From Escherichia phage 348Ecol098PP, in the sequence record OR062947.1: DNA of 64,000 bases. One strand, 5' to 3'. This document shows, piece by piece, positions 26,500-37,194 of this stretch. The stretch's first letter is position 1. The number at the start of each line of letters is the position of its first letter. Below the pieces are notes generated by a model that did not search any database, was not told where the DNA came from, and saw only the letters and a list, made by a program, of their open reading frames with translations. The position numbers and the translations under genes are program-made.

Positions 26500-26650
26500 T
26501 CTTCAGAACGTAGTAGAGGCCGAACGTGAGCGTGAGGCTTTAGTCTATAATGAACTATTAGTTCCGTTCTTGGCCTTACACTCGTACGAACAGGAAGACT
26601 ATACCAATTACGTTAAAAGCGTAGAAAAAGCCGTTTACAATCAACACTGA
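26489..26650 (+). CDS. hypothetical small protein
   Basis: 53 aa; aaggaa SD. Confidence 0.3.
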   Translation: MSHNLQNVVEAEREREALVYNELLVPFLALHSYEQEDYTNYVKSVEKAVYNQH

Positions 26651-26696
26651 TAATGGTACTATACTCATATCAATTAAGTGGAATGAATAAAACGTT

Positions 26697-26969
26697 ATGA
26701 ATAAAGACATTGAAATCGTACGTGAAATTATTACTATTGCTTCTATTTTGATTAAATTCTCTAGGGAAGATATTGTTGAAGACCGAGCAAGTTTCATCGG
26801 ATTCTTGAATGAGATTGGAATTAAAAAAGATGGTCGGCAGCTAAATCAGAATTCTTTTAGAAAACTAATTACAAATTTAACTGCCGAAGAAAAGAAAACA
26901 CTGATTAGTGAATTCAATGAAGGTTTTGAAAATATTTATCGTCATTTAGCGATGTATTCTAACAACTAA
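26697..26969 (+). CDS. asiA: anti-sigma70 factor AsiA
   Basis: 90 aa; MNK.I..VREIIT.ASILIKFSREDIVE.RA.FI.FLNEIG...GR.LNQNSFRK...L...K.TLI.EFNEGFE matches remembered T4 AsiA. Confidence 0.85.
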   Translation: MNKDIEIVREIITIASILIKFSREDIVEDRASFIGFLNEIGIKKDGRQLNQNSFRKLITNLTAEEKKTLISEFNEGFENIYRHLAMYSNN

Positions 26970-27629
26970 TTATTTAGCCCTTCCTAGTATTCGGACCGCT
27001 TGGTTGCATATAGCCGCTAAGCGATCTTCCTCAAGTATATTATTCCCCTTATACCAATACATCGTCACAGTTCCAGCATAGATGTTATCCAAATTAAAGT
27101 ATGGACAACTATACATATAAGAAAGTTCGGCAGTTTTAGATTTTGTAGGCAAAAATGCAAATTCTGATTTAGACGAGAAATGACGGCCACTTAAATGAAT
27201 TATATATTCATTGGCCGTTTTATCCACCGGGAACCCCCCAAGGGACTTTTCAGAAATTGTGCTAGGCAGTTTGCCTTCATAAGCTATAAGGTCGACGAAA
27301 TAATTTAAGTTTTTAGGTCTGAAAGAATACACAGCACTAAAATCTGCACCAGATGAGATATGAACTATTTGCAGTTGTTCTAGAGCCGCAGATTCAAAAC
27401 GTAAAGCTCGTTCTTTTTGGATTATTTCAGTATAAGTATCATACTTAGATCTTACATAATAATCCAGCAAAATACTTCCTTTGTACCATATTAGTGCCAT
27501 TAGGAACAAAAGAATAATTACCGCTACTCGGGACATTAAAACCTTTCCAGTAGCGTTATCTTTGAAAATACGATCTAGCAACCCAAATAGAATATCACTA
27601 GGCGAAAATGACACTTTTGGTGTTGCCAT
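26970..27629 (-). CDS. t: holin T
   Basis: 219 aa; ...SFSPSDILFG.LDR.FKDNATGKVL.SRVAV.ILLF...KNLNYFVD.IAYEGKLPSTISEKSLGG.PVDKT matches remembered T4 holin. Confidence 0.9.
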   Translation of the reverse strand: MATPKVSFSPSDILFGLLDRIFKDNATGKVLMSRVAVIILLFLMALIWYKGSILLDYYVRSKYDTYTEIIQKERALRFESAALEQLQIVHISSGADFSAVYSFRPKNLNYFVDLIAYEGKLPSTISEKSLGGFPVDKTANEYIIHLSGRHFSSKSEFAFLPTKSKTAELSYMYSCPYFNLDNIYAGTVTMYWYKGNNILEEDRLAAICNQAVRILGRAK

Positions 27630-27638
27630 AATACCTCC

Positions 27639-28190
27639 TTACTTAAAGATATTTATAATTCGTTTAACAAGTGATTTGCTTTCAAGGTCAGGGAATTTAG
27701 GGAATTCGCCGCCAAGATGTTCATGTTTTTCTAAAAGGGCAAAGAATTTTTTGAGCTCTTTAAATTTTCGTTTTTCTTCTCTATTAGCAACCTCTGCATC
27801 AATAAGAGAACTTAAAACGCTGAATAATTTATAGAGTTCATGAATTTTCTTATCACGTTGAACTACGCGTTTATATGCTTCATCTTCCTTCCACCCGTCG
27901 TCGGTCCAAATGTCAAATTCGCCAGGTTCTTCTGTAGTAACATTTTGAAGAGCACCTGGAGTGTCAATAACAATTTTTTGCTTATCATAAGTCCATACTG
28001 TTTTTCCACGATGGTCTTCAACGTATACCCATTCTTGTTCGCGTTCATCAAATACAACAGCATAGCCTTCTTTAGGGTCTAAAGGTTTTTTTGGTGTCGA
28101 ATGAGCCGGAAATCCTACGCCTTTTAATGGTTTATAATTTTCTTCTTTGTAAAATTCTTTTGTATCGAAATAAAAGTGATAAATTTTCAT
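27639..28190 (-). CDS. 38: tail fibre assembly/adhesin protein gp38 (T4 type)
   Basis: 183 aa; MKIYH.YFDTKEFYKEENYKP.KG.G.PAHST.KKPL.PKEGYAVVFDER...FALLEKHEHLGGEFP matches remembered T4 gp38. Confidence 0.9.
   Translation of the reverse strand: MKIYHFYFDTKEFYKEENYKPLKGVGFPAHSTPKKPLDPKEGYAVVFDEREQEWVYVEDHRGKTVWTYDKQKIVIDTPGALQNVTTEEPGEFDIWTDDGWKEDEAYKRVVQRDKKIHELYKLFSVLSSLIDAEVANREEKRKFKELKKFFALLEKHEHLGGEFPKFPDLESKSLVKRIINIFK
27650..27657 (-). promoter_or_regulatory. T4 late promoter TATAAATA (minus strand) upstream of t
   Basis: tatttata on the + strand is TATAAATA on the - strand, about 20 nt upstream of the t start, inside the 3' end of gene 38. Confidence 0.55.
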
Positions 28191-28198
28191 ATTCAGAA

Positions 28199-28214
28199 GG
28201 GGCCGAAGCCCCTC
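28199..28214 (-). other. intercistronic RNA hairpin between genes 37 and 38
   Basis: aggggccgaagcccct palindrome; no T-run on the transcribed strand, so an RNA structure rather than a terminator. Confidence 0.4.
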
Positions 28215-28217
28215 TCC

Positions 28218-31200
28218 TTATGCTAAACGAACGATATAGTTAAAAGCAATGTTTTTAACTGTGTTTTCTGTATTACCTGTACTATTTACAGTGATAGTAT
28301 GACCGTGCGAACCAATTGCTACCGAGTGGGTATGAGCACCAATACCTACAGTATGTGTATGGGCACCAATACCTACAGTATGCGCGTGGTTACCTGTGGT
28401 ATTTGTAGTTCCAGACCAAGAGTGCGTATGGTTACCTTCTGTCGATGACTTTGCAATATATTGGCCTATACCAGGCACGATTTTGTCGCTCGTGGCAAAA
28501 GAAAGAACCTGGGTTCCGCTAATTGCAGTAGCTCCATTAGGATATATTCCTGTTGGTTGATTATTAGGACCCCTTGGACCGGTCTGTGAGTGTTGGTGGT
28601 TCCCTGCTGCGCCAGTAGTACCACTAACGCTATGGTTATGGTTACCTGTTGTGTTGCTGGTTTTAGTACCATAATCGAATGATGAGGTGGTTTTAGTACC
28701 ATAATCGAATGATGAGGTGGTTTTAGTACCCAAATCTGTGCTTGATGCACTTGCACTATGGCTATGAGACTTAATACCATCAGCTTCTGTACTTAATACA
28801 GCACGCCCGGATGGTTTACCCTTGATAGTTTGACCACGCATATCAGGCAGAGCGCCGGAAGGATACACCGCAGCTAACTTAGGATACAAGTCAGTATCAA
28901 ACGTCTGGCCTTCCATGATGGCATAACCTTCAGGAGGTGTATCAGTAGGCCAAGGAATCGGAGCACCAATTGGGTAACTCGAGACAATATCCGTCTTAAG
29001 GTTATTTATTGTGGTATTCAAGTTAGCAAAATTACCAGTGCCGCCAGTGATGTTACCATCAGTACCGAATTGAGCATTACCAACTTTTAATGGTTTTGAA
29101 AAAAGAACATCGTCGGTTCTAAATGCAACCCCATGACCTAATGCATTATTATATAAGTTAAGTTCATCTGAACTACCACTCCCATTACCAACGTACCATT
29201 TAACCGTATTAGCTTTTTTACCCTGAATATAAACAGCGTTGGTCAATGAAGCCGAGTTAATAATAAGCGCGGCGTTATTAGCGTTAATTGTGATAGCTTG
29301 CCCTGATGTTGTTCCACTAGTTTCTACTTTAAATCTTCCACCACCGATATCAACATCATGATCCATGGAAACTTTACCAGTACTTAATGTAATATAGAAC
29401 GGACGTAAATTAGAAATACCACCTGATTCACCAGCATTCTGCGGGGTTGGAATAATATAAAGCTTATCTTCAGAACGACGGAAAATAGCACCGTATTCGG
29501 CATTCCAAATTCTTAATGCATCAGCAGTTCCGCCAATTTTAACTTGTCCAGTAATAGAAGAACCACCTTGGACAAACAAACCATTAGACATGGTAACATT
29601 ACCACCAAAAGAACCTGTACCAGAGGCACTTATATTTCCGAGCCCGACAATATGTCCAGTTTCTACAGTACCATTAAATTTAAAGTTAACCGGACCTACT
29701 GTTTGACCTGATGCAGGAGCAGTGCGTTGTGCATAAAAATAATATCCATGCCCGTCAGCTAATTCAAAAACTGTTTCACGAGTACGAGCGCCAGATGCGT
29801 TAAATGAATTACCCCACGCTTTAATAGATACATAACTTTTATTCTGACCTGCACGAGTACCACCAGCCCACAGTATAGTTTTAGTACCATCTACTGCTGT
29901 AGGAGCGTCAAGTTGAATACCATCGGGTCTAGCGCCAGTAAGAACTAATCCGTTATCAAATTTAATTCTTTGTATTGAAGATACTGTTCCGTCCGCTCTA
30001 ATAGCAACGCTATTGGAACCGGTTTTAATATCTAAAATTCCTGGGTCAACAATAAGCCCTTCGGCCATACTAACGGACATACGACCTGTACCACGGAAAT
30101 AGTGATACATTTTAGAATTACTGTTATAACCGATATGAGTTTGTCCATCACCGTTATTATTTCCATCAACATCAGTACGCGCAGTAAACATTGCTTGGTT
30201 GTTATTTGGGTAATCCCAAGTAGTACCAGAATTGCGGCTATAACCGACCATCAATTTCTTAGTGCTGTTAATACCGTTATTCAAAATGGTAGCGGATGAA
30301 ATACCGTTAGCCATGAAATCAATAACACCGTCGCGGACCCATTTAATACCTGTATCGTTATCACCAATGGCAATACCAATAGAAATAGCTGAATCCAAAG
30401 GATAACGTCCATTTGTACCATTATCAGGAAGACCTACTGAAATAGATTTACCTGCAGTAATACGCCCACTAGTATCAAACGCCCATTGGAAAGATTCCGG
30501 ACCTATACCAGTCCACCAAGAAATTTCTTGTGGCTTTCCTGAACGACAATCAGCTATTTCATGGAAAATACTAGAAGTATTCGAAGCCCGCATCTTACGG
30601 AGGTAGTTAAGACCATTTGTATTACGGTCAGAGCCATCTGCCGGTGGATTATAAATCCACATAGGTAAAGAAACCCAATCGTATCCAATGTTAGCATTAG
30701 CTACAAATGTTTTTGTACTAAAATTAATATTTTTAGTAACAATTTCAGGACCGGTGATAATACCATTAGCAGAGTTTATATTGCCTGAAGCAGAAATATT
30801 ACCGGTACGAACTTCAATACTACCAGAATCTACGATGAAATTACCATTTCGATTAAAAGTCCAATATTTCGAATCACCAGCTTCATTAATATAGTGAAAT
30901 TTAAAACTACCTTCGTTTACTAATGTACCAGCAGAAAAAGTACCGTCTTTATAACGCTGCTTAATCAGAGGATGGTATTCTGATACTGAGGTAGCAGAGC
31001 TCAAATCCGTAAAGATAGGAGCTTTATTTAGGTGTTGATTTGCCCACGCGCCATTTCCAGCAGTTTTTGGCAAGAATTCAATATACTTTCCTGCATAAAC
31101 AAACTGGTTTCCATTAAGATTATATGTACCGTTTTGTAAATAATCACCATTTTGAGTTACATTACCGTTAATATCCCCGCCCTTAGCAAAGCCTAGGCTA

Positions 31201-31343
31201 ATAATATTACCGAGGTCATCTTTAGTAAAAAGAGTTCGATCTTTTAAGTTTATCGCTAATTCGCCTTCGGCTAATTGTGCTGCAGTAGGATTAACTCCTG
31301 CCACTTTGCTTCTTTTAAATTGTATCTGTTTTAATGTAGCCAT
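28218..31343 (-). CDS. 37: long tail fibre distal subunit gp37 (receptor-recognising)
   Basis: 1041 aa; N-terminus [16 protein letters not shown]....[11 protein letters not shown]; C-terminal His-box repeats (GxHxHxV) and position between 36 and 38. Confidence 0.9.
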   Translation of the reverse strand: MATLKQIQFKRSKVAGVNPTAAQLAEGELAINLKDRTLFTKDDLGNIISLGFAKGGDINGNVTQNGDYLQNGTYNLNGNQFVYAGKYIEFLPKTAGNGAWANQHLNKAPIFTDLSSATSVSEYHPLIKQRYKDGTFSAGTLVNEGSFKFHYINEAGDSKYWTFNRNGNFIVDSGSIEVRTGNISASGNINSANGIITGPEIVTKNINFSTKTFVANANIGYDWVSLPMWIYNPPADGSDRNTNGLNYLRKMRASNTSSIFHEIADCRSGKPQEISWWTGIGPESFQWAFDTSGRITAGKSISVGLPDNGTNGRYPLDSAISIGIAIGDNDTGIKWVRDGVIDFMANGISSATILNNGINSTKKLMVGYSRNSGTTWDYPNNNQAMFTARTDVDGNNNGDGQTHIGYNSNSKMYHYFRGTGRMSVSMAEGLIVDPGILDIKTGSNSVAIRADGTVSSIQRIKFDNGLVLTGARPDGIQLDAPTAVDGTKTILWAGGTRAGQNKSYVSIKAWGNSFNASGARTRETVFELADGHGYYFYAQRTAPASGQTVGPVNFKFNGTVETGHIVGLGNISASGTGSFGGNVTMSNGLFVQGGSSITGQVKIGGTADALRIWNAEYGAIFRRSEDKLYIIPTPQNAGESGGISNLRPFYITLSTGKVSMDHDVDIGGGRFKVETSGTTSGQAITINANNAALIINSASLTNAVYIQGKKANTVKWYVGNGSGSSDELNLYNNALGHGVAFRTDDVLFSKPLKVGNAQFGTDGNITGGTGNFANLNTTINNLKTDIVSSYPIGAPIPWPTDTPPEGYAIMEGQTFDTDLYPKLAAVYPSGALPDMRGQTIKGKPSGRAVLSTEADGIKSHSHSASASSTDLGTKTTSSFDYGTKTTSSFDYGTKTSNTTGNHNHSVSGTTGAAGNHQHSQTGPRGPNNQPTGIYPNGATAISGTQVLSFATSDKIVPGIGQYIAKSSTEGNHTHSWSGTTNTTGNHAHTVGIGAHTHTVGIGAHTHSVAIGSHGHTITVNSTGNTENTVKNIAFNYIVRLA
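28335..28382 (-). repeat. coding tandem repeat (27-nt period) encoding gp37 His-box motifs
   Basis: gcaccaatacctacagtatg repeated; encodes [21 protein letters not shown]. Confidence 0.7.
28659..28731 (-). repeat. coding tandem repeat, 30-nt unit, about 2.4 copies, inside gp37
   Basis: ggttttagtaccataatcgaatgatgaggt repeated head-to-tail; encodes [10 protein letters not shown] x2 plus a partial copy. Confidence 0.85.
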
Positions 31344-31351
31344 AAGTCCTC

Positions 31352-32017
31352 TTAATAATAGCCGAAATCTTGAACAGAATCCTTAATTACGATTTGGTCG
31401 AAACGAGGAACATGATTAGCCTCAGACGCCGGATTCTGTGAGAAAAAGTTTGGTGCTGTTAAAGTACCAGTCATGGTATCGCCAGAACGCAATACACGGG
31501 AATTTGCGTTATCCGTAACAATATTTATTCGTCCATCAACATAATCTTTTCTTGTGAGATCATTTGCTGCAACTGGAGCAGTCATATCGCTTCTTACTTG
31601 TCCTGAAGCAGATACAACGCCTTTTGTATTAATATCACCATTACGTGTATTGATTACTACAGTTCTACCCGCTGTTCCTTGTGATGATTTAAAACCAATA
31701 CCATACCATGAAACAATATCAATATTTGCTGTAACAAAAGTAGCTGCATCACCGTTACCAGGAAAAATACCGCTTTGGTTTGTATTGTTTATAGCATATG
31801 GTATTTGCACGCCACTGTTAAATGTTACCTTTGAAGCGTAAGTACCACCATTAGCTTTAGAAACGAAATCATTATCAGCAGCTTGCGGTTTATTATATTC
31901 TGAATAGAGTTTAAACGTTTTATACAGGACGTCATCACCTGCTGGCATTAAAGGGAAATTACCTTGATGCCATATAACAGCACCGCCAGTTGTACTACCA
32001 GCTTTTAAATCGGCCAT
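31352..32017 (-). CDS. 36: long tail fibre hinge protein gp36
   Basis: 221 aa ORF between 35 and 37; size as T4 gp36. Confidence 0.8.
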   Translation of the reverse strand: MADLKAGSTTGGAVIWHQGNFPLMPAGDDVLYKTFKLYSEYNKPQAADNDFVSKANGGTYASKVTFNSGVQIPYAINNTNQSGIFPGNGDAATFVTANIDIVSWYGIGFKSSQGTAGRTVVINTRNGDINTKGVVSASGQVRSDMTAPVAANDLTRKDYVDGRINIVTDNANSRVLRSGDTMTGTLTAPNFFSQNPASEANHVPRFDQIVIKDSVQDFGYY

Positions 32018-32041
32018 AGTTGTCTCCTTATATGTATACCA

Positions 32042-32049
32042 TATTTATA
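32042..32049 (-). promoter_or_regulatory. T4 late promoter TATAAATA (minus strand) upstream of gene 36
   Basis: tatttata on the + strand about 25 nt upstream of the gene 36 start. Confidence 0.55.
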
Positions 32050-32056
32050 CAAAAAT

Positions 32057-32074
32057 GGGAGACCGAAGTCTCCC
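32057..32074 (-). terminator. hairpin, possible weak terminator/attenuator between genes 35 and 36
   Basis: gggagaccgaagtctccc; on the - strand it reads gggagacttcggtctccc followed by atttttg; the same hairpin recurs at 41057 and 58090. Confidence 0.45.
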
Positions 32075-32079
32075 TAAAT

Positions 32080-33207
32080 TTATTCTGATGCTTCTTTAAA
32101 TTCTTGTCCAAATACCTTACCAGTATCAGTTGAAGATTGAGTAGGTAATGTCATTATGTCTGGGGCACTTAAAGACTCTGAAACATAATTTACACGAATA
32201 CCATTTATACCAAACTCGGCAGGTTTTGAAACGCTTCCATTACATGATACTTCAGTGAATATAACGTTTCTTAATCCACCTTGCCCGACTGGAGCTGTAC
32301 GATAACAATAAATCGTGAACCCGTCGGCATCAGCAGGAATTTCTATGTAGTCTTCATATATCTTCCATTCACCTGCAGTCCCATCAAAGTTTATATCCTT
32401 AAATGAAATAGGTGAAGTAGAAGGAGATTTAAAGAAACGAATAGAAAGTCGTGTCGTCCCTTGTGCTAACAAATCGGCATTGGCCATTAGTTGGAATTTC
32501 ATATAAAGGAAATCTCCAGGCTTCAATTTATACCCAGCGAGAGGTGTAATAATGGATGTTGTAGGCATCCTTTTAATTTCATTATTAGTACCTCCAATGG
32601 CAGATAAAAATGTGTCTGACGATTCATACGTACGACTAGGGAAGCCGGTAGCACCAATATCATCGATCGTGTCGTACACAACATCAAGTGGTGTACTATA
32701 GTCGGTTGAAGTTTTCTTATTACTATACTTAATATGTTCTAGTGCTATAGCATTCTTACCAGAAATATAAAATGCCGAATAAGAAATGTCCACTATATTT
32801 AAAACTTGTTGAGCTAATGGAATAGCAGAACTCCCAGCTTTAGTAAACCATGCGAGAACTTCAGGAGGAAAGTTTGTTTTAGCGTTAGTAACAAGAGCAA
32901 ATATAAAATTTGAAGCATATGTGTCCATGAAAGTAACAAATGCACTTGACGTGGCGTCGTTTTCAGTAGAGAAATTATATGACTTAGATTCAACTACTGC
33001 ACCTGTTGTAGGATTTATTACACGAACGTTTAATCCAACGGAAAAAACCTGGGACCCAAGTGGATTATCTTGGAACTTAATATAAGTAGGAGATGTTGAT
33101 AGCGGACAAGATCCCGCTATACTTAATTTAAATCGTACTGAATTGCTTTCCGATAAAAATGGCGTTTGGACGTATCCTTGTCCAAACTTAGCCATAAATT
33201 TTTCCAT
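32080..33207 (-). CDS. 35: long tail fibre hinge/connector gp35
   Basis: 375 aa ORF between 34 and 36. Confidence 0.8.
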   Translation of the reverse strand: MEKFMAKFGQGYVQTPFLSESNSVRFKLSIAGSCPLSTSPTYIKFQDNPLGSQVFSVGLNVRVINPTTGAVVESKSYNFSTENDATSSAFVTFMDTYASNFIFALVTNAKTNFPPEVLAWFTKAGSSAIPLAQQVLNIVDISYSAFYISGKNAIALEHIKYSNKKTSTDYSTPLDVVYDTIDDIGATGFPSRTYESSDTFLSAIGGTNNEIKRMPTTSIITPLAGYKLKPGDFLYMKFQLMANADLLAQGTTRLSIRFFKSPSTSPISFKDINFDGTAGEWKIYEDYIEIPADADGFTIYCYRTAPVGQGGLRNVIFTEVSCNGSVSKPAEFGINGIRVNYVSESLSAPDIMTLPTQSSTDTGKVFGQEFKEASE

Positions 33208-33215
33208 AATACCTC

Positions 33216-36200
33216 TTATTCAATCCACTCGAATTTAACAGATTTATTCACAGGGTCTGGAATAATGCGGACATTACCAATCCTTAAGAAATCCCTTATT
33301 GTCAAGTTTCCGATTGTTGCATTATCAGAAGGTAAAGCACCAATATCAGAAGGTTGAGGAGGGTTTCCACCATCAAATACCTGAACAAAACTTGACCAAG
33401 AATTTTTAGTTTTCTGCCATGTACGTGTCCAACGGGTTGTACGTGCTTCTGGAGTTGTTGGATAAGTAATCCAATCTTGGTAAAGTGAATCAAGTGTATT
33501 ACCAAACTGAGTCAATGTACCAGGAGATTTAACTTCTTCGCCACGTTCTAAGTATGGAAGCCCGGTCACTTCATTAGTTTTTTCAACCATTTTAAAATAA
33601 CCTGGGAACTGGTTATAAGTAGCTGAATCGTTAATATCGATTGACCAGAATCCTACAGTATCAGATGTTGGCGCACGAGTATATAAATCAGATGTTTTAA
33701 TACCCTGAGAACGAATTCTCGAGTTAACTGTTAAACCACCTGAATTTATAGTAGCACCTTTGGCAATGATTAAGCCTTCAGCAATCGTTACTTGGCCAGA
33801 TACATTATTAATAGCTAAAGGACGTAATCCACTAAATCCACCAGTCTGGCCTCCTGGATGGGTTAGCAAAAAATAGGTATTAGTGCCATCATTGCGAATA
33901 AGGAATCCGTAATCACCACTAATTGCTCTGAAAGCATTTGCAGACTTGCTAATGAATTCACCATTGGCTGTAACTGAACTACCAAATGTTGCAACGCCAT
34001 TCGCATTTAAAGAACCTGAAGCGTTAACATTTATCGGCATCACAGTACCGTTAACGCTAAACGTTATATTCCCAGCTTTATTACGTTGAGAATAAAAGTG
34101 ATTAGACGTTTCATCGCCAACTTCAAATATCGTAGAACGACTTGTATCAGAACCACCAGCGAATTGGTTACCCCATACTCTGATATTCATAGTTTGAAAC
34201 GGGTTATTTCCAGTTTGTGGTCCTTTTTCAAATATCAAACGAGTTGAAGCACCTGTATTACGAATAGTAAATGTGCTATTAGCAGCTAAAGAACCACCAA
34301 ATTCACCAGTACTAGATGATACAAGAGGGGCACTCAGATTCGTTTGTTGGGTTAAGGTTAGTGAACCATTAACTGTCTGGGCGATGTCCCTACGAATGAA
34401 CTGAGATGAATCTAGACCATCCAATAAATTACTATCTACAGCTTTTGCTTTTAATGGCAGATAATTTGCTAATACACGGTTTAATTCATATGGTGATACT
34501 GCATAGCTATTTTTCTCATATGATTCTAATGGCTGTGTTGAACCTACCGTATCATTACCAATGAACGTAATTGAACCAGATGAAGTTTTAACAAAACCTC
34601 TTATCGCAGTAGTAGCAGCCCATGTTGGTTCGTTCTGGACAATCCATTTTAAATTCTTAGGAGATACAGCAGTATTAGCAGAAGTTCCTGTTATAGTTTC
34701 AGCCTGAGTAGCAACCTTAATTACGCCTTCAGACGTTTCAGTGGACTTAGTCCCTAAAAGCTTTTTAGGAGTAATAAGAACATCATCTAAAGTTCCTGCA
34801 TTAGATTCTGCCTGGGTCGCTACGCGAAGTGTACCACGTTGTGTTTCATTTGCTTTAGAAATATCAAGAGTATAATGGTTCCACAAGGTTCCTTCTTCAA
34901 TAAGTCCGGAATCAGAATTAACACTGGTACGGTCAGAAGAATCAAAATGAGTTTTAATTTTCAGTGGAGTCGAGATACGAGTATCATCAGTTCCAGTATC
35001 AAATTCAACTTGCGTAGCAAGTTCGGCTATGCCGGATAATCCTTCCGTAGCTTTCCTATCATTTAACGTCTTAGGCGTTACTGCACGTGTATAATCAGTC
35101 CCAGCATTAGTTTCTGCTTGCGTAGCAATTTCAATTAAACCAATACGTCCATCAGTAGAAGTTTTCTTATGTAGTGTTTCAGGAGTTACTACAGCGTGAG
35201 AATAACCTGCTTGTGATTGGCCAGCAATTACTTCACTATCGACAGCTAAAATTACTGCACCTTGTTGAGCATAAGTTGCTTTATATTGGTCAAGGGCTTT
35301 AGGAGAAATAGTTAAATTATTTACGGTTTTATTATAAACGTTAGTGCCTGCAGCCCCACGAGTTTCAGCAGGAGTGGCAGAAGTAGTTGATACATATTTA
35401 ACTATACCCGATAGTGTTTCGGAACCCTGACGTGCCTGTAATTTCTTAGGTGTAATAATCGTTGTGTCATCAAGACCAGCATCGGTTTCAGCCTGAGTAG
35501 CAATTTCAGCAAGACCGCGACGAGTTTCAGTTGCTGTACGCTCATTTAGTTTTTTAGGCGTAACAATAGTATCGTCCACAAATGCTGCTGTGGAATTCTG
35601 GTTAACTTGTGCTGTTGTAGCAATTTTAGCGATACCACGTCGAGCTTCAGTTGCTGTACGATTTGCCAACGTTTCAGGAGTAATAGCCACTTCTTTAGCT
35701 GGAGTATTCTCTAAATCAACATTTGCTTGCGCTTGAGTAGCAAGAGCAATAACACCTAAACGAGCTCGTGTAGCATCAGTTCCAGCATCAACACGTTCTA
35801 CCGTAGGGACATTCTGTTGCACAACCCAATAACGTGTACCAGCAACGGTGTCTTCGATATACGCTAATTCTAATACAGGAACATATGAAGTAGTGCCATT
35901 GAATTCTAGTTCAGTAACAGAGACCCATTGAGCATCAGGTGGATATTCAGAACGTTTAGGGAACTGAAGCAATGCAACAGAAGAAGCAATTGTATCACCT
36001 TCGGCAGCTTTAATTTTTACTGTTTGGCCTTTACGCATGTAGTTCATTGAAATTTTAACAGTGTCACCACTCAAAATTCCGGAAGGCAGCGTAAGATTAA
36101 TAGTTCCGGCTGTAGCGTTATTTGTGCCAAAAATAAGAACTTCTTCATTTGGACGAATATTTGAATCCGCACGGATAATACGAAGACGCGATTTCTGGTC

Positions 36201-37091
36201 GCCTTCCCATATACGCCATAAACTATTTGCAGCATCAAAAACAAAAAACGCGTCAGAGTCATTTCTGCCTTCGGCAATATGAGTCCCGACTTCACCAATA
36301 GACGTTGTATCATCAAATGTTTTAACAATTGTATGATACAGTGGGTTTAATTTATCTAAATCAACTAGGTGGATTATATCACCATTGTTAGCATTACGTG
36401 GAAGTGTAATGTTGATTGGCGCTGCACTAGTAAAACGACGAACGATAAAATCATTTGCTTGTGCTTGATATGGTGCCGCAGGTGTAACAGTGATTGATTC
36501 TTTACCATAATCTATAATATACATCTGCCACAAACGATTACTAAACACAAACAATAGTTGTGAACGCGGACGCGTCATTAAAACTGTACGAACCTGTTCA
36601 CCTCTAAAGTTTAAAATACTCTGCACAGACGCGTTAATCTGTACTTTAACTGTCCCGGTTCTTCCACCAATATCAGCCAAAACAATAGTGTCACCATCAA
36701 CCGGCGCATTTGGCAACGTGAAAACCATATCATTGCCGGCACCAGTGTTAACCGAAATAGATTCACCTGAAGAAAGTTGATAAGTCCCAGAAGCGACAGT
36801 TATCCATTGTGCATCAGTACGAACTGCACGCCATTGTAAAAGGTTAAATGCCCCGGAAGGAGACACGATATCATTTATTGCTTGATATAAACGGTTGTCA
36901 TAAAGAACAACAAATCCTTTGTTATATCCACGCGTAGAATCATATACTTGAACGGTGTTTTCTTGTACCAGGAAGTCAACGTTTACGCCATCAGTACCTA
37001 CTGTACGGTCGGCTAATGCTACGTTAACAATCTTGTCGCCACCGGCGTCCAGACCGTCTTCGGCTCTGAACTTACGTTTGATGTCGGCCAT
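33216..37091 (-). CDS. 34: long tail fibre proximal subunit gp34
   Basis: 1291 aa (T4 gp34 is about 1289 aa); first gene of the late fibre operon; late promoter immediately upstream. Confidence 0.9.
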   Translation of the reverse strand: MADIKRKFRAEDGLDAGGDKIVNVALADRTVGTDGVNVDFLVQENTVQVYDSTRGYNKGFVVLYDNRLYQAINDIVSPSGAFNLLQWRAVRTDAQWITVASGTYQLSSGESISVNTGAGNDMVFTLPNAPVDGDTIVLADIGGRTGTVKVQINASVQSILNFRGEQVRTVLMTRPRSQLLFVFSNRLWQMYIIDYGKESITVTPAAPYQAQANDFIVRRFTSAAPINITLPRNANNGDIIHLVDLDKLNPLYHTIVKTFDDTTSIGEVGTHIAEGRNDSDAFFVFDAANSLWRIWEGDQKSRLRIIRADSNIRPNEEVLIFGTNNATAGTINLTLPSGILSGDTVKISMNYMRKGQTVKIKAAEGDTIASSVALLQFPKRSEYPPDAQWVSVTELEFNGTTSYVPVLELAYIEDTVAGTRYWVVQQNVPTVERVDAGTDATRARLGVIALATQAQANVDLENTPAKEVAITPETLANRTATEARRGIAKIATTAQVNQNSTAAFVDDTIVTPKKLNERTATETRRGLAEIATQAETDAGLDDTTIITPKKLQARQGSETLSGIVKYVSTTSATPAETRGAAGTNVYNKTVNNLTISPKALDQYKATYAQQGAVILAVDSEVIAGQSQAGYSHAVVTPETLHKKTSTDGRIGLIEIATQAETNAGTDYTRAVTPKTLNDRKATEGLSGIAELATQVEFDTGTDDTRISTPLKIKTHFDSSDRTSVNSDSGLIEEGTLWNHYTLDISKANETQRGTLRVATQAESNAGTLDDVLITPKKLLGTKSTETSEGVIKVATQAETITGTSANTAVSPKNLKWIVQNEPTWAATTAIRGFVKTSSGSITFIGNDTVGSTQPLESYEKNSYAVSPYELNRVLANYLPLKAKAVDSNLLDGLDSSQFIRRDIAQTVNGSLTLTQQTNLSAPLVSSSTGEFGGSLAANSTFTIRNTGASTRLIFEKGPQTGNNPFQTMNIRVWGNQFAGGSDTSRSTIFEVGDETSNHFYSQRNKAGNITFSVNGTVMPINVNASGSLNANGVATFGSSVTANGEFISKSANAFRAISGDYGFLIRNDGTNTYFLLTHPGGQTGGFSGLRPLAINNVSGQVTIAEGLIIAKGATINSGGLTVNSRIRSQGIKTSDLYTRAPTSDTVGFWSIDINDSATYNQFPGYFKMVEKTNEVTGLPYLERGEEVKSPGTLTQFGNTLDSLYQDWITYPTTPEARTTRWTRTWQKTKNSWSSFVQVFDGGNPPQPSDIGALPSDNATIGNLTIRDFLRIGNVRIIPDPVNKSVKFEWIE

Positions 37092-37121
37092 TCGTTTTTC
37101 CTTTATTGTTTCAATAATACT

Positions 37122-37129
37122 TATTTATA
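37122..37129 (-). promoter_or_regulatory. T4 late promoter TATAAATA (minus strand) upstream of gene 34
   Basis: tatttata on the + strand about 30 nt upstream of the gene 34 start. Confidence 0.6.
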
Positions 37130-37132
37130 CCA

Positions 37133-37175
37133 GTTTACGCTTTCAAATGAGTGTGTTACTATAGTCAAGTTGACT
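37133..37175 (+). promoter_or_regulatory. early promoter for rnh with palindrome at the start region
   Basis: gtttac at 37133, tactat -10, then agtcaa-g-ttgact palindrome. Confidence 0.45.
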
Positions 37176-37194
37176 AACTGAACAAGAGGTTCAT

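Noticed and set aside
28335-28731. Short direct repeats that could be mistaken for a CRISPR-like array
   Set aside because: Only 2-3 copies, in-frame inside gp37, with no spacers and no cas genes; they are coding tandem repeats.
28466-28780. Minus-strand 104-aa ORF in an alternative frame inside gp37, spanning the 30-bp repeats
   Set aside because: Alternative frame of the tail fibre gene; its repeat-containing translation is an artefact of the coding tandem repeat.
30102-36328. Several plus- and minus-strand ORFs (e.g. 30102-30299, 30688-30894, 34839-35039, 36061-36328) inside tail fibre genes 37 and 34
   Set aside because: Embedded in long, confidently identified minus-strand late genes; no promoters or SDs.
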